A DNA stretch of 36,936 nt from an uncultured Candidatus Saccharibacteria bacterium (GCA_964562615.1 CAZLUD010000001.1:1-36936); one strand, 5' to 3'. Positions 16,653 through 25,193 are shown, numbered from the stretch's first letter. Numbers and translations are program-made. The notes: generated from the letters alone by a model not told the origin.

Positions 16653-16785
16653 ATAAAAAATAAGCAGTGCTGCGTTCAACAACGGTTTAGATTTCCTAAG
16701 TATCTCAACTGATGGGAGCTTATCCGGTGATCTATGTACCCTACCGTTACAGGCCTTCAATTTCAAATGAGAGCTCAGGTTAATT

Positions 16786-16794
16786 TGTTATAAT
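16786..16794 (+). promoter_or_regulatory. Extended -10 promoter element (TGtTATAAT) implying a leaderless or near-leaderless VOC mRNA
   Basis: TG at 16786-16787, then T, then TATAAT at 16789-16794. The ATG of the VOC gene is at 16802. Confidence 0.3.
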
Positions 16795-16801
16795 AAACTA
16801 C

Positions 16802-17215
16802 ATGAAAAAAATATACGTAAATTTGCCAGTAGCCAACTTAGAAAAGTCTACCGCTTTTTATGAAGCATTAGGTTTTGTGAAGAATTCTGATTTTTCAAAT
16901 ACTGATGCCAGTTCCGTAGTGTGGAGCGATACTATTGTATTTATGTTATTGAAGCACGACTTCTATCAGAAATTTTTGCAAGGTAAAACAATTGCTAATA
17001 CAGCAACCAGTTCTAGCACATTGTTAGCGTTAGAAATGTCTTCCAGAGAAGACGTGGATACATTTGCACGTGTTGCCAAAGAAAATGGAGGAGAATTTTT
17101 TGAAGCAGAACCTAACAAAGGACTAGATTTTATGTATGGCTTAGAAGTTTCTGACCCAGATGGAAACACTCTTGAACCATTTTTTATGGATGAATCAAAG
17201 ATACCAACTACCTAA
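16802..17215 (+). CDS. VOC (glyoxalase/bleomycin-resistance/dioxygenase) superfamily protein
   Basis: The N-terminus MKKIYVNLPVANLEKSTAFYEALGF and the C-terminus GLEVSDPDGNTLEPF are typical VOC beta-alpha-beta-beta-beta modules. Confidence 0.75.
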   Translation: MKKIYVNLPVANLEKSTAFYEALGFVKNSDFSNTDASSVVWSDTIVFMLLKHDFYQKFLQGKTIANTATSSSTLLALEMSSREDVDTFARVAKENGGEFFEAEPNKGLDFMYGLEVSDPDGNTLEPFFMDESKIPTT

Positions 17216-17308
17216 TGCAATTAGTGTAACTATCTTCAACATTCTACCCTTCTTTGTATCATATACGAGTTTGTAGTCCTGAGCTTGTATAATACGCGCA
17301 GCAAACAG

Positions 17309-17357
17309 ACAAAAGCAGCACGTTATAAAAAATTTGCTTTATATAAATGTAACTCAG
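17309..17357 (+). repeat. 49-bp direct repeat, copy 1
   Basis: ACAAAAGCAGCACGTTATAAAAAATTTGCTTTATATAAATGTAACTCAG is identical to 20756-20804. Confidence 0.9.
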
Positions 17358-17392
17358 AACTTTATACTTACTATTAAATTGTTGCAATTAAA

Positions 17393-18091
17393 ATGGCAGA
17401 GAAAGCACCTATAGTTGCTATAAGCATTAGAGATTCAATTATAGAAAAACTTGAGGCGAACTTAAGTGCTATTTTGCTTTATGGAAGTAGCAAAAAAGGC
17501 AACGATTATTGTGATATAGACATTTTAGTGATACTAAAGAAAAACAATTTTGCTCTAAACGATTTAGAAAAACTTAAAAGTACTGCTAATGAGTTTAGTA
17601 AACTGACTTTAGATCTACAATTTATCTATGAAAGTGAGATAAAATCACCTAATTTATTTTCACTAGATGCTCATGGTGCTTTTTTTACTAGAATCCTTAA
17701 AAGAGCTACTGTCTTGCATGGATCTAATCCATTTCTTGATTTTGAACCAACAAGGAGGCAGCTGTTAGTAAGCTTAGCAACAAGAATCCAGCGCTATCTT
17801 TTTCATGCTAGGCAAGAATATATTCTCGGTGGTCGACACAATAAAGACAAAAACCCTCAATACCATAAAAAACATTTAACTAGAGCAATGTTTGATCTTC
17901 TTTTGATGAATAAAGAGTGGTTAGAAGATATTGAGGTAAAAAAGCTAATTGAAGAAAGGTATCCCGAGATTTTTAGTAAAGAGGACTGGGAAACTTTGGT
18001 ACTTGAGACAGACAATGTTGAAGACTATGTTTTGCTGTACGAAAAGGTATACGACTTAGCACTTAAGGAAGCATACAAGGAAATCCTTTAA
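17393..18091 (+). CDS. Nucleotidyltransferase (Pol-beta superfamily) domain protein with a helical C-terminal domain
   Basis: LLYGSSKKGNDYCDIDILVIL matches the G[SG]-x9-13-DxD nucleotidyltransferase signature. Confidence 0.7.
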   Translation: MAEKAPIVAISIRDSIIEKLEANLSAILLYGSSKKGNDYCDIDILVILKKNNFALNDLEKLKSTANEFSKLTLDLQFIYESEIKSPNLFSLDAHGAFFTRILKRATVLHGSNPFLDFEPTRRQLLVSLATRIQRYLFHARQEYILGGRHNKDKNPQYHKKHLTRAMFDLLLMNKEWLEDIEVKKLIEERYPEIFSKEDWETLVLETDNVEDYVLLYEKVYDLALKEAYKEIL

Positions 18092-18095
18092 TACT

Positions 18096-18767
18096 ATGAA
18101 AAAAACAAATAAAGGCTTTGGTACAAATTTCCATAGGGTATACAAAGAAGATGCTGAGCTATACCATGCTTTCAGTGGAGCAGAGGTTTTTTCACCTGAA
18201 TTGGAGAAGAAAATAAATGATTTACTGATTGGAAAAACTTTATTGGATGTGGCATGTGGCACGTGTCATAAGACAAATGCATATTCGAAATACTTTGAAA
18301 AAGTATTTGCCTTAGATTTTTCTCATTTACTTCTAGATTCTGCAAGAAATAGATATTCTAACAACAAAAAACTAAATTTTATTTGGTCATCAGCAGCAAA
18401 AATACCTCTTCTCGATGAAAGTGTTGATACAATCCTGGTAACCTGGGGATCTTTTCCCCTAACCAAAGGCATTATGGAAATGCAGCGTGTTTTGAAAAAA
18501 GGTGGCCGCATAATCAGAATAGGAGCATGCAAGGAAGATGAATTTACTACCTTATTTCCTTTATTTAGTTCTAAACGGATTACTACAATAAACAATACTT
18601 TTGAAAAGTTTGGTTTTATGGTGGAACAACAAAAAGTAGCTATTGAATTTAAATCAATAAAGGAAGCTAGGGATATCCTGTCTAGGATAACCGGTGTAAG
18701 TGAAAAAAGAATCAATCAAAGTAAATTTGAGCATGCCGTTGCCTTGTGTTACTATACGAAAAAATGA
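18096..18767 (+). CDS. Class I SAM-dependent methyltransferase
   Basis: Motif I is LLDVACGTCHKT. LDESVDTILV and LKKGGRIIRI are typical post-I/II blocks. Confidence 0.8.
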   Translation: MKKTNKGFGTNFHRVYKEDAELYHAFSGAEVFSPELEKKINDLLIGKTLLDVACGTCHKTNAYSKYFEKVFALDFSHLLLDSARNRYSNNKKLNFIWSSAAKIPLLDESVDTILVTWGSFPLTKGIMEMQRVLKKGGRIIRIGACKEDEFTTLFPLFSSKRITTINNTFEKFGFMVEQQKVAIEFKSIKEARDILSRITGVSEKRINQSKFEHAVALCYYTKK

Positions 18768-19549
18768 TTACCTATAAGGTCAAATATAAAAAATATATTG
18801 TTAATATGTATGTCCCTGAGCACAAATCAGGGAAAGCAGTTTTGCTATTACCCGGACTGCCTGCATCAACAAATATTGAAAAACTTCTAAATACCTTACT
18901 CGCTACTGGGGCAGTTATATATTTACCCAACTACTCTGGAACCTTTGACAGCGGAGGAACATTCGGTGTAAAAAGTTCAATTAAAGATGTAACGGAACTC
19001 TATCAACTTAGTACAAAAACAAAGGTGAAAGAATTGTATTTCGGAAAAGAAATTCAGATTGGAAAAATTAAAGAGGTTATTTTGATTGGCATGAGTTTCG
19101 GTTCGATCATAGCGCTACTTGGTCACAGAAACAAGTTTAGCAAATTGATTTTGCTTTCTAGCGCCCTACTGTTTAGGCCAAGTGATTTCCCCAGCAAAGA
19201 ATTAGGTACTGAATTTGCTAATCAAATGAAAAATTTGCTTTCACTGCTAAAGAACGCCTTCCCTTTTTCATACCGCACTGGCAAAACCTCAGACCTAAAG
19301 GATTTTTTGCTTGGCAGATCTTTGCTGTCTCAAAAGAAGTCCATATTCGAGGCGTTCATGAAAATAAAATCTCCTACCCTTGTTTTGCATGGCAGTAACG
19401 ACACATCCATACCGAGTGGCGTTATAAAATCCATTGAGAATGAGATTGGTAATTCAGAAATTTCCTGGGTATACAGTGACTCTGGTCACAACACAAGCTC
19501 TTACAACGAAAGTGCAATGGATGCAATAACTGACTTTATTATAAGCTAG
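18764..19549 (+). CDS. Alpha/beta hydrolase
   Basis: The nucleophile elbow is GMSFGS, with later GSNDTSIP (Asp) and DSGHN (His). An ATGA start/stop overlap with the methyltransferase occurs at 18764-18767. The ORF track has an alternative GTG start at 18746. Confidence 0.7.
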   Translation: MITYKVKYKKYIVNMYVPEHKSGKAVLLLPGLPASTNIEKLLNTLLATGAVIYLPNYSGTFDSGGTFGVKSSIKDVTELYQLSTKTKVKELYFGKEIQIGKIKEVILIGMSFGSIIALLGHRNKFSKLILLSSALLFRPSDFPSKELGTEFANQMKNLLSLLKNAFPFSYRTGKTSDLKDFLLGRSLLSQKKSIFEAFMKIKSPTLVLHGSNDTSIPSGVIKSIENEIGNSEISWVYSDSGHNTSSYNESAMDAITDFIIS

Positions 19550-19598
19550 AAAGGTGTTATTGTGCCATTCAGTTCACTGAAATCACCAGCAAGAGGAG

Positions 19599-20684
19599 GT
19601 GGTGGTGTTTCTTTCCCTACCCGTTTCTGTCAAAAACTCCCATCCACTAGGATATTGGCTAACCCCAATCTTGGTTGATGCTTTTTCAAAGCAAACAGGT
19701 GAAGGAGGTCTTTTCTGCTACGGAAAGCTGGGTCTGCGTACACCCTCCGTCGAGGATGAGATTGTGTTCCACGACAACTTGAATTTCCTCAACATCACAG
19801 TTGAAAGAACCGCTGACAGCGTTCTCGTCCATGATCTATACACTCTAGCGTTGCAGGCCTGCAATTCCGATCATGTTGTCAGTCGTACGCAAGAAAGCTT
19901 TGTTTGTCCATGCGGAATACTAAGCATCCCTATTGCTATAATCGAGTATACGAAGGATAAGGCTTTCAAGCGTGTCAACAACGCTATTGCTTGTAAAGCT
20001 TGCAACCAAGAAGCAAAAAAGGCCTGGGTAACTGGTTTGTACTACTTGATCAAAAAAGAAACAGCCGCTAAGCAGATTAGCCTGTTCCCTGGTTTGTATA
20101 GTAAGGAAGTAGCAGGACTCGTAAGGCAAATATATGACCAGGGCATTCCAGTTTCTAGAGCAAGACCAACAGGTTTTACTTTTGAAAAGTGGAATCTTGA
20201 CATCGAGTTCCTCTGGTCGCTTCTGCCTCTGACTGTTCGAAATGTAACCAACAAGAGAATTAGGCTTGTAGTTACCAACCAAGTACTCCGACAAGCAGTA
20301 ACGGCGTATCTTTTAGCCTCTGAACTGGATCCAGGGTTTCAAGCTGACCTAGTGATTTGTCCTATCATTGCTCACCCTGGCAAGATTGAAAAATGGAACT
20401 TGAATCGACTGAGATCACTTGGTTATGATGGGTACCTCCTTCGATACATCCTACTCTCTTCTTTAGGATGGAATCAGAAGGAAACTAACCTGAATGATTT
20501 AGCATCCTCAGTTGAGCATCGCAGGTTCAATTTACTGAAGCAGTTGGTGGCATCAACCGGAAGTACAGCCTACGAAATACAAGAAACGATGAGGAATCTT
20601 AACCAGCAGAACCTAGTCAGTGGACTATGTAATGTGTTCAACTCTGAGCGATTCGAATATAAAACGCTCAATGGTCTGTTTTAA
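19599..20684 (+). CDS. Hypothetical protein resembling a degenerate class I aminoacyl-tRNA synthetase catalytic core
   Basis: SLPVSVKNSHPLGYWLTPILVDAFSK aligns by eye with the MetRS-type [26 protein letters not shown], so HIGH becomes HPLGY. Cys pairs occur at CPCG and CKAC. A strong SD (AGAGGAGG) sits before three in-frame GTGs at 19599-19607. Confidence 0.35.
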   Translation: MVVFLSLPVSVKNSHPLGYWLTPILVDAFSKQTGEGGLFCYGKLGLRTPSVEDEIVFHDNLNFLNITVERTADSVLVHDLYTLALQACNSDHVVSRTQESFVCPCGILSIPIAIIEYTKDKAFKRVNNAIACKACNQEAKKAWVTGLYYLIKKETAAKQISLFPGLYSKEVAGLVRQIYDQGIPVSRARPTGFTFEKWNLDIEFLWSLLPLTVRNVTNKRIRLVVTNQVLRQAVTAYLLASELDPGFQADLVICPIIAHPGKIEKWNLNRLRSLGYDGYLLRYILLSSLGWNQKETNLNDLASSVEHRRFNLLKQLVASTGSTAYEIQETMRNLNQQNLVSGLCNVFNSERFEYKTLNGLF

Positions 20685-20686
20685 GC

Positions 20687-20717
20687 AACCGCCCTTCTAC
20701 TGGGCGGTTCTTTTTTT
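20687..20717 (+). terminator. Rho-independent terminator
   Basis: AACCGCCC-TTCTACT-GGGCGGTT followed by CTTTTTTT, directly after the stop at 20684. Confidence 0.7.
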
Positions 20718-20755
20718 GTAAAATTGGTTCTAGTGACTACAACGTTCAAAGCACA

Positions 20756-20804
20756 ACAAAAGCAGCACGTTATAAAAAATTTGCTTTATATAAATGTAAC
20801 TCAG
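20756..20804 (+). repeat. 49-bp direct repeat, copy 2
   Basis: Identical to 17309-17357. Confidence 0.9.
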
Positions 20805-20863
20805 GATCTTGTACCATCTCTGAAAATCATTGCTTATTTAGCCAATCACTCTAAGATGAGGTA

Positions 20864-21724
20864 GTGAATAAACAATATGTGCTTATGGGGACTAGTGTAG
20901 GTGTTGCTCTCTTCATTGTCTGGCTCATATATCTTGTGTTATGGAATCCTGGGTGGTTATGGAAAATAACAAGCCTCCCTGCATCGATACTACAAATAGT
21001 TAAAGGGCCAGAACAAGTAGCTCCTGCTGAAGAATCGCACTTTCATTACATAGAAATTATTGGCGGGTGCGGTCCGTATTACAACACGGGAGAATGTGTG
21101 AATATGCGTTCAGGTCCTGGTCTTGAACACTCTATTGTGGGGCGACTGCGCACTGGGGTAACCCTCAAGGTTGAACCAGAGACTATCAAAAGCGCAGACA
21201 AGAGAGAGTGGTACAAAATAATTTTTGATGGTGACATACGCTATCCAGAACGCGTGACTGGCGGATGGTATATTGCCGCAGACGCAACTTCAGTCATGCC
21301 ACTTAAAAATATTGGAGATGAATTTTCCGCCACAACCACACCAGTTACAAATAAGCGTATTGTCGTAGACCTTTCAACACAAATGTTATACGCCTACGAT
21401 AGTGATGTGCTTTTTATGGAGGAAATGATATCAACTGGACTTGAGTTTACTCCTACCCCATCTGGTACTTTTTCTGTATTTAAAAAGACGCCAAGCAGAT
21501 ATATGCAAGGACCTCTCCCAGGCGTAAGCGACCAATACTATGACCTTCCTGGGGTGCCGTGGAATCTTTACTTTACCGAAGGAGGCGCAGTAATACACGG
21601 TGCCTACTGGCATGATCACTTTGGTGAAGAATGGTCACATGGGTGCGTCAATTTGCCGTACAAAAGAGCAAAGGAGTTATATCTATGGGCTGATGTAGAT
21701 ACTGAAGTTATCGTGAAGCGGTAG
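20864..21724 (+). CDS. L,D-transpeptidase (YkuD domain) with an N-terminal TM anchor and an SH3b-like domain
   Basis: The catalytic block is HGAYWHDHFGEEWSHGCVNLP. The N-terminal hydrophobic helix is VGVALFIVWLIYLVLW. A GTG start is preceded by GAGG. Confidence 0.85.
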   Translation: MNKQYVLMGTSVGVALFIVWLIYLVLWNPGWLWKITSLPASILQIVKGPEQVAPAEESHFHYIEIIGGCGPYYNTGECVNMRSGPGLEHSIVGRLRTGVTLKVEPETIKSADKREWYKIIFDGDIRYPERVTGGWYIAADATSVMPLKNIGDEFSATTTPVTNKRIVVDLSTQMLYAYDSDVLFMEEMISTGLEFTPTPSGTFSVFKKTPSRYMQGPLPGVSDQYYDLPGVPWNLYFTEGGAVIHGAYWHDHFGEEWSHGCVNLPYKRAKELYLWADVDTEVIVKR

Positions 21725-21765
21725 TAACCGCTTGCTATATTGCAAGCATATGGAACAATGTCGCG

Positions 21766-22422
21766 GTGTTCACACTTATTGTTGCATTGTTAGCGCTCAC
21801 TACCACAACTCCGTATGCTACTGCAAAAGTAATTCCTATTAATGAGACAAAAAAAGCTTCTGTAGTTGCTGAGGAAAAGATACCTATCGTGCCATTTTAT
21901 TCACAGTTTAAAGATATCACTTCTCAATCTTGGAAAAAGGTTGGTTGCGGTATAACTGACGTAGCTATGGTTATTGATTACTATACCGATGCGGTACCGG
22001 TAGATACCTTGTTGCAACAAGGTATTAATGCAGGCGCATATCTAAGCAACGCTGGCTGGACGTACAAAGGACTAATACACGTTGCAAAAAAGTACGGGCT
22101 AGAAGGCACAAGTTATGACTTTGGAAGATTGAGTTCAAAAATAGCATTTGAGAAATTTACTACCCACCTTAAGGATGGGCCTGTTATAGCGTCAGTACAT
22201 TATAAGTTTGACCCAAAGAGCACTATTCCCCACCTGGTGGTAATTACTGGTATGAAAGGCGACACGCTTTACTACAATGACCCCGCAGCAAAAGAAGGTA
22301 ATAAGCAAATTTCTACTGCTGATTTTCTTGCCGCGTGGAAGAAGCGCTATATTGTAATCCGACCTATTGAAGGCAAGATTACTGCACTACCAATCACCCT
22401 GTCAGCAGCACGTACTGTATAA
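21766..22422 (+). CDS. Secreted C39-like (papain-fold) peptidase domain protein
   Basis: The signal peptide is MFTLIVALLALTTTTPYATA. PFYSQFKDITSQSWKKVGCGITDVAMVIDYY matches the Peptidase_C39_2 catalytic Cys region, and a later HLVVITG supplies the His. Confidence 0.7.
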   Translation: MFTLIVALLALTTTTPYATAKVIPINETKKASVVAEEKIPIVPFYSQFKDITSQSWKKVGCGITDVAMVIDYYTDAVPVDTLLQQGINAGAYLSNAGWTYKGLIHVAKKYGLEGTSYDFGRLSSKIAFEKFTTHLKDGPVIASVHYKFDPKSTIPHLVVITGMKGDTLYYNDPAAKEGNKQISTADFLAAWKKRYIVIRPIEGKITALPITLSAARTV

Positions 22423-22559
22423 ATATACTGACAGCATCCTGCATTGCTAGATGTGTACGAAGCATGCTTGCCAACAGACTAAGACACAACAGTGCTATAC
22501 GTGACCTGCTTTTTTGGTAACCAACAATATTGTGTGAGGTCTTGTATACATGAGTCTGA

Positions 22560-23500
22560 CGTAATCTAATCAATACCTTGGAAACACCTGGTGAATAATT
22601 GTGTTGGTGTTTTGAGTCCAATACCTAGATGAAGTCGACGCTCGTTATAATACGGGAGATACTTTTTAAGTGCTCGATTGAATGCACGGGGCGTCCTCAC
22701 CTCATGATCAAGACACTCTTCTTGCAGAGTTCTATTCACCCGCTCAATGTGTGCGTTGTCGTTTGGCTTTCCAATACGAGTATACCGGTGACTCTTTTGT
22801 ATCTGGGACACAAACCATTTGCCAAACTCGGGTCCATGGTCTGACTGAAGCATATTGAACCGAAATGGTGCCAGCTTCTCTGCTTCACGAACAAATCGGA
22901 TACTTGTCGCAGAGTTCATCTTTTGATACGCCTTTGCATAGATCCAACGTGAATACACGTCGATGAGCACGAAGGTATACATACGCACCTTCTCACTTTG
23001 CATAGTGTGAATGGTGTCTATTTGTACCAAATCACCTGCTTTTAGAGGAAGTGGTCGATCCACATGAGGGTGATATCGCTTCCAAGGACTTCGCTTCTTC
23101 GTGAGATGCATGCGATCGAGCGTACGCTTCACTGATGAGAGGGAGACGGATATCCCTTCGTTTATTAGTTCTCGGTGTACCACCTCAGCACAGCGTTTGC
23201 TGAGGAGTCTTGTATGGAATATCTTCCATACAAGCGCGTCACTCAGTTGGTGAGGGTGATGCTTGGGACGACTTGATCTCGTTGGTATAGGATGAAGGCC
23301 AATCTTGACTGCGCGCTTCCTCCACTTTGAGATAGTGCCAGGAGATACTCCGTATCTCCTGGCTGCAGTACGGACACCGTGTTTATCTGCAAACAGTACT
23401 GCGTCGCGTCGTACCTTAGGTGCTTGAGGGTTATTGGTATAGGCCATATGGAAACAGTGTATTAAATGTGTGGGTGTTTCCAAGGTATTGAACCATTACG
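22560..23500 (-). mobile_element. IS481-family insertion sequence (941 bp), intact, with a 6-bp target-site duplication
   Basis: The imperfect terminal inverted repeats are CGTAATCTAATCAATACCTTGGAAACACC (22560-22588) and CGTAATGGTTCAATACCTTGGAAACACC (reverse complement of 23473-23500), with the inner 19 bp perfect. They are flanked by GTCTGA at 22554-22559 and 23501-23506. Confidence 0.85.
22566..23447 (-). CDS. IS481-family DDE transposase (HTH plus rve integrase core)
   Basis: The start is taken at MAYTNNPQAPK. The DDE blocks are VQIDTIH, LQSDHGPEF and NAHIERVNRTLQEE. The stop codon lies inside the left IR. Confidence 0.85.
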   Translation of the reverse strand: MAYTNNPQAPKVRRDAVLFADKHGVRTAARRYGVSPGTISKWRKRAVKIGLHPIPTRSSRPKHHPHQLSDALVWKIFHTRLLSKRCAEVVHRELINEGISVSLSSVKRTLDRMHLTKKRSPWKRYHPHVDRPLPLKAGDLVQIDTIHTMQSEKVRMYTFVLIDVYSRWIYAKAYQKMNSATSIRFVREAEKLAPFRFNMLQSDHGPEFGKWFVSQIQKSHRYTRIGKPNDNAHIERVNRTLQEECLDHEVRTPRAFNRALKKYLPYYNERRLHLGIGLKTPTQLFTRCFQGID

Positions 23501-23620
23501 GTCTGATTGACAAAATAAGTAAAGCCTGTTACTGTAGGGGGTGACAAGAGGTACCTGGAGGTAGGACAAGGTCAAGTCTATACACGGTGCGCTATTGTGT
23601 TATTAATTCTTGTTCTACAC

Positions 23621-23818
23621 ATGGAAAAAGGACAAATCGTCAAGCTCATGGACAAAGGCTTCGGCTTTATCCGTCGAGATGGACATGATAAGGATCTTTT
23701 CTTCCACGCGAACGATGTACCAAACGGGTTCAACGAATTGCGTGAAGGAGATTCAGTTACCTTTGAGGTAGTTGAGGGTCCTAAGGGTCTTGCTGCGGTA
23801 AACGTTCAAAAGGCGTAA
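23621..23818 (+). CDS. Cold-shock domain protein (CspA family)
   Basis: The RNP1-like motif is KGFGFI and the RNP2-like motif is DLFFH. The protein is 65 aa from the ATG at 23621. Confidence 0.9.
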   Translation: MEKGQIVKLMDKGFGFIRRDGHDKDLFFHANDVPNGFNELREGDSVTFEVVEGPKGLAAVNVQKA

Positions 23819-23834
23819 TCCTAGCAGGATAGGT

Positions 23835-23863
23835 AAAAGGCCGGCATTATATGCCGGCCTTTT
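23835..23863 (+). terminator. Rho-independent (bidirectional-looking) terminator
   Basis: AAAA-GGCCGGCAT-TAT-ATGCCGGCC-TTTT. Confidence 0.75.
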
Positions 23864-24103
23864 ACTATTCCCCGCTCACCGGGTTACCTATACCTCATAC
23901 TCTTGATGAGGCAGTACGTAACCTCAATGAACACAGACACTCGTAACAATCTTTTGTACATCCATTGTTTTATTTTTCGTACTTTTCTGTAAAAGAATAG
24001 ACGGGTTGATGATTCTAAATCTAAGAACGACATCACACCCCTCCTTCGTGCAGATTCTCACCATACCCATAGTACCATTTTACTGCACCGCATATGTACC
24101 CCA

Positions 24104-24766
24104 TCACCAGGCAATTGGCTTTTCACCTATTGAACGCAAGTACTCATTAGTACTCGTGAAGTGTTTAGAGTCAAAGAATCCTTGGTGAGCAGAAAACGGT
24201 GATGGATGCGCTGCTTCTAACACCAAATGCTTTGTCCTATCTATATGCGCACCCTTTTCTTTTGCATAATTTCCCCATAACAGAAACACAAGATTGCTAC
24301 GCTTTGATGATAGTGAAGCAATTACCGCATCGGTGAATAGCTCCCATCCTTTGTGTTGATGTGATGCAGGGCTCCCTGCGCGCACTGTAAGTACTGAGTT
24401 AAGTAACAACACGCCCTGAGAGGCAAGATGGGCAAGCGAGCTGTCTCCTACACTTGCTGACCCAGTGTCAGCTTCTATCTCTTTCAAAATATTTTTAAGT
24501 GAAGGAGGGTGGGGTACCCCATTAGTGACGGCAAAGCAAAGCCCGTTAGCCTGATTAGCGCCATGGTATGGATCTTGCCCTACTATAACTACTCGCACCT
24601 TGGTAAAAGGTACCGCCGCAAAAGCAGCAAAAATATTTTCTGGTAGAGGATACACCGCAGCACGCATATACTCATCCTGCACAAATGCCATGAGCGCAAT
24701 GAAATATTCTTTTGAAAACTCTTCTTGTAGTACCTCCTTCCAGCTTTGCTCTATCTGTACCAGCAT
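24104..24766 (-). CDS. ung: Uracil-DNA glycosylase (family 1)
   Basis: The motifs GQDPYHGANQANGLCF and HPSPFSA are present. Confidence 0.9.
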   Translation of the reverse strand: MLVQIEQSWKEVLQEEFSKEYFIALMAFVQDEYMRAAVYPLPENIFAAFAAVPFTKVRVVIVGQDPYHGANQANGLCFAVTNGVPHPPSLKNILKEIEADTGSASVGDSSLAHLASQGVLLLNSVLTVRAGSPASHQHKGWELFTDAVIASLSSKRSNLVFLLWGNYAKEKGAHIDRTKHLVLEAAHPSPFSAHQGFFDSKHFTSTNEYLRSIGEKPIAW

Positions 24767-24770
24767 AGTC

Positions 24771-25193
24771 CTATACGGTGACTGCTTTCTTTTTTAGACA
24801 TTCTGCACACCTGCAACCAAAGGGCATAGTATCTTTGTCATTAAGATACTCTTCTCCATAGTCAAACGTCAGCTCCTCTCCTGCGCTAATATTCTTAATC
24901 GCATAAATGAGCACTCTTCCCTTTTTAATTTGAGCTTCGCAATTTGGTTTGCAAGAGTGGTTAATGTACCGCGCGGTATTCTTTCTGTCCTTGCCGTCTA
25001 CTGTCCACCTGCTGTTAATGGTAAACAAGTATTTACCGCCGCGCCTATTTGCCTCTTCTTCGGTTATTTTCTCTCCGGTGTATTCAATGACATAGGTTCC
25101 TTTTTTAAGTGGGACCGATGTGTATAACCCAATACCACCAAGTGCTGATCGCTTTTTAATGAGTAGTTTTGAAAATGGTTCGCTGATGGACAT
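24771..25193 (-). CDS. SET domain protein (putative protein-lysine methyltransferase)
   Basis: RYINHSCKPNCEA, ELTFDYG and a post-SET Cys cluster GCRCAECLKK are present. Confidence 0.85.
   Translation of the reverse strand: MSISEPFSKLLIKKRSALGGIGLYTSVPLKKGTYVIEYTGEKITEEEANRRGGKYLFTINSRWTVDGKDRKNTARYINHSCKPNCEAQIKKGRVLIYAIKNISAGEELTFDYGEEYLNDKDTMPFGCRCAECLKKKAVTV

Noticed and set aside
22394-22621. ORF 22394-22621 spanning the junction between the C39-like peptidase 3' flank and the IS481 left end.
   Set aside because: It crosses the IS boundary and target duplication and overlaps the transposase stop region, so it is an artefact of the insertion.
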